Part shown: one piece after another, positions 9,201-16,304 of the stretch
Position numbering within the stretch: position 1 is the stretch's first letter
Layout of the letters: each line of letters opens with the position of its first letter
DNA from: Candidatus Hermodarchaeota archaeon
GTDB lineage: Archaea; Asgardarchaeota; Lokiarchaeia; Sigyniarchaeales; SOKP01
Assembly (NCBI GenBank): GCA_048885525.1
Contig: JBHLLP010000049.1
Span: 1 to 26,506 of the forward strand
DNA length: 26,506 bases
Direction: 5' to 3'
Program-made: the position numbers and the translations under genes
The notes under the pieces: model-generated
Seen by the model: only the letters and a program-made list of their open reading frames with translations
The model's database searches: none
What the model was told of the DNA's origin: nothing

Positions 9201-10073
9201 TGCTAATTCTAAGCCCATTTCAAGAAACTTAAATCCTTTATCAAAATAATTTCTCTGTTCGATCTCATCGTCAGTATGTTTATGTCCATATTCACAGTTC
9301 ACACAACCATATGTATAGTACAAATAAGGAAGGAGGAAGGGATTATTATATGTTTTAAAGAACTTTATGCTTTCATCACACTTATAAATAATATTTTTAT
9401 AGGCGTCTTTGGATTCTTCAAGCCATTTGGAATCAATATGTGTTAACAACATTATATGAAAACACTCAGAAAACAAGGAGAAAACGATATAAATCATTTT
9501 TCTTTTCTCTATTGAAAGTTTCCAAGCCTTTCTACTTAGTTCAATTATTCTCTCTGCTACCTTCTTAATTTCTTCTGGCTCCTCGCATAAACTTAGATAA
9601 AAAGTTAAAGTTAAGGATAATTTATACATAATTCTTAAAGGAATTTGCTTATCGTCTTTTTTTGAATATGCCTCATATAAAATATAACTTAACTCCAGTG
9701 CTTTATTCGCCATTTTCTTCCCTTCTTCAATAGAATTTGCTAGAGTAAGGCTAGAATAGAAATGACCTATTTCTAATTCTAGACTTTCAAGTTCATTTCC
9801 TTTCTGTCTAAAGAGACCTGCTGCTTCTTTAAATAATTTGGACCTTGTCTTGAGTATTTCTAAATATTCTTCTGCTGTTTTGACACTGAATCCATAAAGA
9901 TAATATTTTATGGTCAAATCATTAAAAATTTCTATTGCTTTTATATTATCTTTTTTATTAATGTAAGATTTCGCAGCCTGATCATACAGTTTTAAAGAAT
10001 TTAACCAGTTATAAGCATTCTCTTCTTCCCAAGCCCTTTTTAATAAATCTTCTTCACTTTCCTTTAGTTGCAT
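6231..10073 (-). CDS. TPR-like solenoid protein with C-terminal carbon-nitrogen hydrolase (nitrilase) domain, 1280 aa
   Basis: Colinear paralogue of 2234..6094 with the same FPEM / EKHIP / ICRDF triad and the same FIQSTR C-terminus. Confidence 0.85.
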   Translation of the reverse strand: MQLKESEEDLLKRAWEEENAYNWLNSLKLYDQAAKSYINKKDNIKAIEIFNDLTIKYYLYGFSVKTAEEYLEILKTRSKLFKEAAGLFRQKGNELESLELEIGHFYSSLTLANSIEEGKKMANKALELSYILYEAYSKKDDKQIPLRIMYKLSLTLTFYLSLCEEPEEIKKVAERIIELSRKAWKLSIEKRKMIYIVFSLFSECFHIMLLTHIDSKWLEESKDAYKNIIYKCDESIKFFKTYNNPFLLPYLYYTYGCVNCEYGHKHTDDEIEQRNYFDKGFKFLEMGLELARKVKNKYLNVMTLYYINQYAILSGNYMYLQKRIMNDIKEISEAGKIFAGLVVGLFDVAYFYVNYLPTFYYSNISQLSFFTPNQRKSYAKKGIEFGLKTLGWNTYEEIKSFSYMSLTLSYAVLARFSKSKEEMEIYVKSMFDYANKGKKLGEKYGEGLMQAFVYNSLNRAYKTLADITKNKQERIKMLSLAADASKNYLKYAKESRTGIIAAQMRLAFLYEEIGIFEKDEEILTKAEELLYEALKSSLEKGYYSYAGTTYEYIARIEDRLGNHTASAENYMKAQEYHKKSLESIKYRALKARVNEKIQYAHAWILIEKAKAYHKNENHIKAKENFENSSEILKKISKYYYEGFYNAAWAMLEEAEFLSKQEKQEEAINQYKNTIQAFEETISILKEALAKSKDQPEKERIQKLEKVAEVRINYCSARINLEEALILGRKGNHSTAAEKFAIAASIFRGVCTRYKLERERKELEAIYYLCRAWESMELGEKYEEPERFDYAADLFTKASDLFVDIKLKLLASGNSAFCQALELGCKFDESVDIDIKTNLYPRVKLMLSKAASYYGKSGFENVANWALATSIYFDAAWHLIQADKEMDINEKGRLLGIGSNYLKSSVELFEKAGYKNKVNEVQDRLNRVEKEESILFSALSTINEPSISRSTMGIVAPSCPIESSYSPRLGEARQFTEEELRVTMERMKRKKYELIYKDLIKDYSRVQRRECRIGVAQIGVSETGNIIDELFESSPSGLLKIREDKIEKIRSQVKFMIEKAYNEGINILLFPEMTVDLNYGEFLEDIADQAKLYEMYIVPGSFHELETKRNICKVFGPEGILWEQEKHIPATISFEAGKPFKEGIKVDKVPRKTIICNTEYGRIVIAICRDFLDMDLRVELKNFESPIDIILNPAFTPVTADFKAAHFDARRSIYAYSFFANIGEYGESLIYTPEKDRTEQIIPPKEEGLIFKDINIFKLRSERKKWEKENNKEQLFIQSTR

Positions 10074-10105
10074 TGAAACTCAATTATAAGATAATTTTAT
10101 TTATT

Positions 10106-10176
10106 TTTCGACCCTACTGTCTAATGTTAATTAATCTGAATGATTAATAAACATTCAGTTCAATTTAAAATGTTTT
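10106..10176 (-). promoter_or_regulatory. Conserved promoter/operator module, copy 3 (dyad 10136-10158; GGTCGAAA 10106-10113)
   Basis: Dyad lies 63-85 nt upstream of ATG 10073, in the divergent gap before hppA. It is therefore a 5' element and not a terminator. Confidence 0.78.
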
Positions 10177-10305
10177 TCTTTTTCTAAGAAATTTGATTTC
10201 TCTTAAATTCAAAAAATTTTAATGATTTAGGAAATTTTGAGTGTTATTATTGTATATTTGATTTATAAAAAATTTAACAAAAAAATCGAAATTAAGTGAA
10301 AAATT

Positions 10306-12432
10306 ATGGGTGTACCACTAATTTTAATTGTAGCTTTAATAGCTGGGATAATCTCAATTGCAATGGCTTTATACTTTAGATATTTAGTCTTGAAAGAGGA
10401 CCCTGGAAACGAAAGAATGCAGGAGGTTGCTGGATATATATCAAAGGGTGCAACAACTTATCTTAAAGTCCAATATAAGATATTAGGAATCTTTGTAGTA
10501 GTCCTTGCGGTTGCTATGTTGTTTTTACCATCCCCTTTTGAAGATAGTGATACGTATACAAGGTTGTTCTCTGGAGCTATAAATTGGGAACAAATGATTG
10601 CGTATATTATCGGTGCTGTTGGCTCAATGTTTGCAGGATGGCTAGGAATGTATGTTGGAGTTAAAGCAAATACTAGAGCAGCCCAAGGATGCACTATTAG
10701 TACGAAAAAAGGTTTTGATGTAGCCTTCTTTGGAGGAGCTGTTATGGGGCTAGCTGTAGTTGGAGTTGCTCTCATTGGAGTCTCCATATTATATTGGATT
10801 GTTCCAGATCCTATGATAGTGCTAGGGTTTAGCTTTGGAGCGAGTAGTGTAGCTCTTTTTATGAAATGTGGTGGAGGAATCTATACAAAGACAGCTGATG
10901 TTGGAGCAGATTTAGTAGGTAAAGCAGAATATGATCTTCCCGAAGATGATCCACGAAATCCTGCGACAATAGCTGACAACGTTGGTGACAACGTTGGTGA
11001 TATTGCCGGTATGGGAAGTGATCTATTCGACTCCTATGTTGCATCCATCATAGCTGCTATGATTTTAGCTGCAACTTTACCTATGATAGTAGATTTAACT
11101 TTAACAGAAGCAGGAAGATTCGTATATACAGTTTTTCCTGTTGTTTTATGTGGTGTTGGTTTATTAGCATCTCTTCTTGGAATTTGGATAATAAAGTGGA
11201 GAGGATCTGAAGAACCTGGTAAGGCTTTAAATACTGGAACTTATCTCTCGACTATAATTTTTGCTGGGCTAGCTGCTTTATTTACATTATTAATGGTTTT
11301 TGGATTAACTGTAGAAGAGGCAACAATGCTTTGGAAACTATGTGGATGTGCTATTATTGGACTTTTTGCTGGTATCATACTGGGTTTTACAAGTGATTAC
11401 TTTACTCGAGATGATAGAAAACCAACAAGAAAAATGGCAGAAGCAGCCCAAGAGGGACATGCAGTTGTCATACTCAGCGGTTTTTCTTATGGATTGCTAA
11501 GTGTGGTTCCTCCCGCTCTTGGAATTGTAGTTGCGATGGTATTTGCATATCTATTAGGTGGTGTTTTTGGAGTAGCAATGGCTGCTGTCGGAATGTTAGC
11601 TATTGTTGGAACTATAGTTTCCAATGATGCTTATGGTCCTATTGTAGACAATGCAAGAGCTATTGCTGAGCAAGGAGATCTTGGAGATGATATAATACGA
11701 ACAGCTGATCGATTAGATTCCGCTGGAAATACAGCTAAAGCGATTACAAAAGGATTTGCAATCGGAGCTGCTAATTTAACCGTACTTGCTTTATTGTTCT
11801 CATTTGCAACAGAAGCAAATGATATTAATCCTGGGACTATTGATGTAGTGAACCTACTTTCATTAAATGTATTAATTGGAGCCTTTATAGGAGTGGTTGT
11901 ACCTGCATTATTCTCAGCATTATTGATCCTCGCAGTACAGAGAAATGCAGCAAAAATGGTTGATGAAATTAGGAGACAATTCGAATCCAATCCTAAAATT
12001 TTAAAAGGAGAAGAAGCTGCAGACTTTAGTAAGACTATTGATATTGCTACTAAAGGGTCTCTAAGAGAGTTAATCATACCAAGTGTAATTTCGATACTCA
12101 TTCCTATATGTGTTGGAATACTATTTGGAGTTGCAGCTTTAGGTGCATTCTTAGCTGGTGCTATTCTCTCGGGTTTTGTTTTTGCAATAATGATGTCTAA
12201 CGCTGGAGGTGCATGGGATAATGCTAAAAAGTGGATTGAAGACGGAAATCTTGGAGGTAAAGGTACTGAAGTGCATAAAGCTTCCATTACAGGCGATACA
12301 GTTGGGGATCCTTTTAAAGATACTGCTGGACCAAGTATTAACACATTATTAGTCGTAATGTCCTTGACAGCATCGATCTTTCTTGGATTTTTAATGCTTT
12401 TTGGCGGTGGAGCAGGGCTTCTTTTACTTTAA
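10306..12432 (+). CDS. hppA: Membrane-bound cation-translocating pyrophosphatase, K+-independent H+-PPase type
   Basis: Signature motifs GGGIYTKTADVGADLVGK, EDDPRNPATIADNVGDNVGD, DAYGPIVDNA, NAGGAWDNAKK and GDTVGDPFKD, with many TM helices. GNTAKA has Lys at the K+-dependence determinant position. Confidence 0.97.
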   Translation: MGVPLILIVALIAGIISIAMALYFRYLVLKEDPGNERMQEVAGYISKGATTYLKVQYKILGIFVVVLAVAMLFLPSPFEDSDTYTRLFSGAINWEQMIAYIIGAVGSMFAGWLGMYVGVKANTRAAQGCTISTKKGFDVAFFGGAVMGLAVVGVALIGVSILYWIVPDPMIVLGFSFGASSVALFMKCGGGIYTKTADVGADLVGKAEYDLPEDDPRNPATIADNVGDNVGDIAGMGSDLFDSYVASIIAAMILAATLPMIVDLTLTEAGRFVYTVFPVVLCGVGLLASLLGIWIIKWRGSEEPGKALNTGTYLSTIIFAGLAALFTLLMVFGLTVEEATMLWKLCGCAIIGLFAGIILGFTSDYFTRDDRKPTRKMAEAAQEGHAVVILSGFSYGLLSVVPPALGIVVAMVFAYLLGGVFGVAMAAVGMLAIVGTIVSNDAYGPIVDNARAIAEQGDLGDDIIRTADRLDSAGNTAKAITKGFAIGAANLTVLALLFSFATEANDINPGTIDVVNLLSLNVLIGAFIGVVVPALFSALLILAVQRNAAKMVDEIRRQFESNPKILKGEEAADFSKTIDIATKGSLRELIIPSVISILIPICVGILFGVAALGAFLAGAILSGFVFAIMMSNAGGAWDNAKKWIEDGNLGGKGTEVHKASITGDTVGDPFKDTAGPSINTLLVVMSLTASIFLGFLMLFGGGAGLLLL

Positions 12433-12454
12433 TCTAACAGCTAAAATAAAAAAC

Positions 12455-12467
12455 TTTTCTTTTTTTT
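12455..12467 (+). terminator. Putative oligo-T archaeal terminator after hppA
   Basis: T-rich run (ttttctttttttt) ~22 nt after the stop. T runs are common in this AT-rich DNA. Confidence 0.35.
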
Positions 12468-12597
12468 AATATTTTCTTTAAATTTTGATTTGGAAATCTT
12501 TTAGAATTTCATAAAACTAACTTGATTTTTAAAATTCTTCAACAATAAGAAATTTATTAATAAATAATAAATCTAAAACCTTTAAATTGAAATCATT

Positions 12598-12874
12598 ATG
12601 TTTGATAAATCTCATTGTTCTGAATGTGAAGATATTGATTGTTTAACGCGATGTCAATGGATGGATATTGATAAGGAAACTGCAAGGATTGAAATGTAAA
12701 AAATGATTAATGGAAAGGAGTCATTCGTTCTAAAAGAATGTGTTACATGTTATGCTTGTGATGAATATTGCCCATATAATTCACATCCATTCGATATGTT
12801 TACAGAATTACAAGAAAAATATAAGAGTCTTGATATTGCTCCTACTACACTAGAAACTACAATCAATCGATTTA
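12598..12874 (+). pseudogene. Disrupted, 3'-truncated (Fe-S)-binding oxidoreductase (ferredoxin-like N-terminus of a HdrD/GlpC-type protein)
   Basis: ATG 12598 gives MFDKSHCSECEDIDCLTRCQWMDIDKETARIEM*KMINGKESFVLKECVTCYACDEYCPY... An in-frame TAA at 12697-12699 separates two Fe-S cysteine motifs. After ~12874 the frame only reads the antisense of the next fragment. Confidence 0.75.
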
Positions 12875-13054
12875 AGCTAATTCTACAATTTTCTGAACTT
12901 CTTCGACATTCTCTGGCATTACCACAAAATTAACGGGTCTAGGTTCAGAAGCACCGGGATCTTGAGAATAAATGTAAAGATCTTCGTCCTTATTCGAAGT
13001 AAAATCTTTATCAACAATTTCTTCCAGTTTTGTTATAATCTTATCTACATTCAT
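12872..13054 (-). pseudogene. 5' fragment of an FAD-binding oxidoreductase (GlcD/D-lactate dehydrogenase-like)
   Basis: KLEEIVDKDFTSNKDEDLYIYSQD...PVNFVVMPENVEEVQKIVELA is the typical start of the FAD_binding_4 domain, but the frame stops after 60 aa. A GGGAGA RBS-like site is still present upstream (~13062-13067). Confidence 0.8.
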
Positions 13055-13207
13055 CTAAAAATCTCCCAAATTTAGTTCGTAATAATAAAAGAATTCATCT
13101 TTTGATTTTTTTATATATTTAATTATTAAATGGTTTTCAATTCATAGTTTATTAATTAAAGGAGATTAACTTAACTAATAAAATCAATTAATTAAAGTAA
13201 ATTAAAA

Positions 13208-14209
13208 ATGAACATTGGAAGTATGGAAAGTGGAAATATACTAATAAAAGTAATAACCTCTAATAGGACGAGTATGACTTTACCAAATGACGAGAAATTC
13301 CAAGGAAAAGTTATCCAACCAAGGCATGATTCTTTTGCTACAATTAGCGAACATGGTATCGCAATGATTATTAAAATACTGGAACGAAATTCAACCCGTT
13401 TCATTTTATTTGACACAGCAGGGTATATGCAAACGGTAATTAATAATCTTTTACAATTTAAGATAAAATTAAATGAAATTGAAAAAATAATAATAAGTCA
13501 TGGTCATCTAGATCACTATGGAGCACTAATTCCAATAGTTGGTAAATTAAAAGAAGGAAGTGAGATATACTTAAGCCCCATATGCCTTAGAAAAGGTTAT
13601 TATGCTAGATCTGAATCTGGAAATGAATTATCTTCCCAGGATTTTAGCAGATCTTTAAAAATCTTAAAAAAAGAGGGGAAAATAACATATAATAGGAGAA
13701 CACCTCTTAATAGAAATATATTGTACAATCGAGCAATTGAAAATGATGTAAAAATTATTGAAACTACTAAACCTGAAAAATTACATGATGGAATAATCAC
13801 AAGTGGAGAAATTGAGATTTTTGATGAAACTGAGCTTCCAAAAGGTCTTTATTTAGGAACGAGTAAAACTGAATATGATAAACATACATTTAGAGAAGAA
13901 ATCGCATTATATATCAATATTGAAGATAAGGGTTTGGTCATTATCACTGGTTGTAGTCATACTGGCATCATAAATATAATTAAACACGGTCAAAAATTAA
14001 CTGGAATTAACAAAATCTACGCATTAATTGGTGGATTTCATAAAGAACGGGAAAGTACTGAAAATATTGAAAAGGTTGTTTCTTTTATAGAGGATTTAAA
14101 TCCAGAAATAACATGTGGTATGCACTGTACAGGTTTTGAGTTTAATAGAATCATGCATCGCCACCATTCACATGTTATGGGAGTAATTGGAACAGAATTT
14201 CATTTATAA
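13208..14209 (+). CDS. MBL-fold metallo-hydrolase (COG1237 / MJ0301-like)
   Basis: Motifs SEHG, ILFDT, SHGHLDHYG (HxHxDH), ITGCSHTG, IGGFH and MHCTG. Confidence 0.88.
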   Translation: MNIGSMESGNILIKVITSNRTSMTLPNDEKFQGKVIQPRHDSFATISEHGIAMIIKILERNSTRFILFDTAGYMQTVINNLLQFKIKLNEIEKIIISHGHLDHYGALIPIVGKLKEGSEIYLSPICLRKGYYARSESGNELSSQDFSRSLKILKKEGKITYNRRTPLNRNILYNRAIENDVKIIETTKPEKLHDGIITSGEIEIFDETELPKGLYLGTSKTEYDKHTFREEIALYINIEDKGLVIITGCSHTGIINIIKHGQKLTGINKIYALIGGFHKERESTENIEKVVSFIEDLNPEITCGMHCTGFEFNRIMHRHHSHVMGVIGTEFHL

Positions 14210-14241
14210 AAAGAATAATTTATCAAATTGGACATAAAATA

Positions 14242-15033
14242 ATGAATGCATTTTTGGATGGAATAAACGTAGAAACAATTAACTCGCATATTGAAAAAAA
14301 TTTAGATGATTTCTATATAAAAGCTTCTGAACATCCTAATTTCATTTCTCGAATTGAAGATAAAATAAGTTGGGTTTTAGCTAGGACTGCAGATTGGCCA
14401 GACTGTATATTTAGAGCAGATTTTGAAAATTTAAATATTAAGAAAGAAATAAAAAATATTAAAAAGTTAATTCAAAAAGGGAAAGCACCAAATGGTTGGA
14501 CAATAGGACCTTTAACAAAACCTAAAAATATTGGTAAATTTCTAGAAAAATTTGGGTTTTCAAATGTTTATCAGCAAGCAGGGATGGCGGTTAAGTTAAA
14601 AAACATAAAAAATAAGGAAATAAAAAAGAATGAATTAATCATTGAAAAAGTAGAGAATGAGGAATCTCTAGTCCAATGGTCCAAAACTGTTTCCCAAGTT
14701 TTTGGTTTAAAAATAGATTTTGAATTTCTTAAATTCTTGCTCTTACAAGAAGAAGTTCACTTTTATTTGGGTAAATTCGAAGGAAATCCAACTTCAACAT
14801 TAATGTTATATATTTCTTCCGGAGTGGCAGGACTTCATGCTGTATCAACATTACCTGAGTATAGAAATAAGGGATTCGGTCTTACTATCAGTCGAACTGC
14901 ATTAATAGATGCTTTTAATATAGGATATAGAGTGGGAGTGCTTCAAGCATCATCATTAGGCGAAAGTGTTTATAGAAAACTAGGATTTCAAAAATATTGC
15001 GATATAATATCATATGCTTTAGAAAAGGAATAA
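14242..15033 (+). CDS. GNAT family N-acetyltransferase
   Basis: Acetyl-CoA binding motif VSTLPEYRNKGFG and C-terminal LQASSLGESVYRKLGF. Confidence 0.88.
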   Translation: MNAFLDGINVETINSHIEKNLDDFYIKASEHPNFISRIEDKISWVLARTADWPDCIFRADFENLNIKKEIKNIKKLIQKGKAPNGWTIGPLTKPKNIGKFLEKFGFSNVYQQAGMAVKLKNIKNKEIKKNELIIEKVENEESLVQWSKTVSQVFGLKIDFEFLKFLLLQEEVHFYLGKFEGNPTSTLMLYISSGVAGLHAVSTLPEYRNKGFGLTISRTALIDAFNIGYRVGVLQASSLGESVYRKLGFQKYCDIISYALEKE

Positions 15034-15054
15034 CAATGTCTTTAGAGACAAATA

Positions 15055-15062
15055 TTTATATA
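15055..15062 (+). promoter_or_regulatory. TATA box of the RNase P RNA gene
   Basis: TTTATATA 20-27 nt upstream of the predicted 5' end of P1. Confidence 0.55.
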
Positions 15063-15081
15063 TTACTGTTCCCTTTTTAAA

Positions 15082-15419
15082 AAAGAGACGAGTGAGATAT
15101 GGAGCTGACGGTGGGTTTAACCCGCTGAGGAACCTCACGCCACTCTCCAAGCAAGGTGTAGATAACTACTACGGTGAGAACCGTAATTTAGCAACTGAAA
15201 CGACACTGCCTTTTTACGCATATTAATGACTTGGATATAAGCCAGAGAAATTGTAGGAAGGAATGGTTGGAACGAGCTAAAACCTTGGTGCAAGGCCAAA
15301 TGAAAGCGATAATGTACTTGGAGCTAGCTTTAGGTAGGCCGCTTAGTTTGATGCTCCACAGAGGTTTGGGTAACTAAACCACTGACAGAAGCGTGGGTAT
15401 ATATCTCAAGCGTCTCTTT
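15082..15419 (+). ncRNA. rnpB: RNase P RNA, archaeal (type A-like)
   Basis: GC-rich island between CDSs. P1 is aaagagacg..tgagatat / atatctca..cgtctcttt. P2 is ggagc/gctcc. P3 is the hairpin cggtggg..cccgctg. CR-I GAGGAACCUCACGC pairs with CR-V ACAGAAGCGUGGGUAUA to give P4 with a bulged U. P8 is gtag-ataa-ctac. P9 is tacggt-GAGA-accgta. A P19-like hairpin ggtttgg..ctaaacc is present. Confidence 0.95.
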
Positions 15420-15455
15420 AATTATTCTTTTTAACATTGCTTAATTTATTTTGTT

Positions 15456-16286
15456 ATGACACAAGATGATATTCCATTTGAGGGGACAGTACAAGAGACA
15501 ATGCTAGGTCCTCTATGGGCAAGAGCACAATATAGCCAATTATATCCTGATATACTAGATGAAAAAAAATCCTCTGAGATAATTAAAAAGATTGATTATG
15601 ACTTTACAAAAATACAAGAATATCTCGGTGAATGGAGGGGTATCGGACTTTTAGTCAGAGCGAGAAATTTTGATAACGCTCTTAAAAAATATATAGAAAA
15701 ATTTCCAGAGGCTACTATTGTTAATGTTGGAGCAGGACTAGATACAACATATTATCGTGTAGATAATGGAAGTATTAAATGGTATGATTTAGATTTACCT
15801 GATGCTATTGAATTTCGTAGGAAATATATACCAGAATCAAATAGATGTATTTATATTTCGAAATCTACTTTTGATTATTCTTGGTTTGATGACATAGAAT
15901 ATACTCCAGATAAGGGGATATTTATCATTGTTGGAGGCTTTATTTATTATTTTCAAGAATCGGAAATTTCGGCACTGTTTGATGCTTTAGCTAAAAAATT
16001 TCCAGGTGGTGAATTAATCTTTGACTGTATCTCTAATTTAGCTATTAAAGTAGCTCACAAAAGGGCAAAAAAGGCTGGAACAAAAACTCCATTTTGGCAT
16101 ATAGGAATTGGTGATCCAATAAAAGCAATCTCTAAGTGGTCTGATAAACTTAGAGTAATTGATTGGTATACCATGTATGCACGAATAGAACTAAATCCAA
16201 AATTAGCTAAAAAAACGGTTAAAATGATAAAAATGGCTGAGCGATTTAAAACTGCAAAAATTGTCCAAGTAAAATTTATAAGTTAA
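15456..16286 (+). CDS. Class I SAM-dependent methyltransferase (LCM / TcmP-like family)
   Basis: Motifs QETMLGPLWARA, IVNVGAGLDT, WYDLDLPDAIEFRR and ELIFD. Confidence 0.88.
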   Translation: MTQDDIPFEGTVQETMLGPLWARAQYSQLYPDILDEKKSSEIIKKIDYDFTKIQEYLGEWRGIGLLVRARNFDNALKKYIEKFPEATIVNVGAGLDTTYYRVDNGSIKWYDLDLPDAIEFRRKYIPESNRCIYISKSTFDYSWFDDIEYTPDKGIFIIVGGFIYYFQESEISALFDALAKKFPGGELIFDCISNLAIKVAHKRAKKAGTKTPFWHIGIGDPIKAISKWSDKLRVIDWYTMYARIELNPKLAKKTVKMIKMAERFKTAKIVQVKFIS

Positions 16287-16304
16287 TTACTTAGATTAAA
16301 ATAA

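Noticed and set aside
2159-10176. The three 42-bp intergenic repeats as CRISPR repeats, terminators or insertion-element ends
   Set aside because: They are ~4 kb apart with whole genes between them, and no cas or transposase genes are present. Copy 3 has no gene ending upstream of it. The fixed distance to start codons fits a promoter/operator. An integron-like cassette role cannot be formally excluded, but no recombinase is visible.
10458-12344. Antisense ORFs 10458..10787, 10859..11044 and 11631..12344 inside hppA
   Set aside because: Reverse-frame shadows of a well-supported membrane protein gene.
12697-12699. In-frame stop in the Fe-S gene as possible selenocysteine/pyrrolysine recoding
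   Set aside because: The codon is TAA, not TGA/TAG. It is not at a Cys-motif position, and the gene is also truncated downstream.
12703-12933. 76-aa ORF as an intact ferredoxin
   Set aside because: It is the middle of a pseudogene. Its C-terminal ~20 aa are antisense read-through into the FAD-oxidoreductase fragment.
13192-13800. Antisense ORFs 13192..13416 and 13600..13800
   Set aside because: They overlap the MBL hydrolase on the opposite strand and have no motifs.
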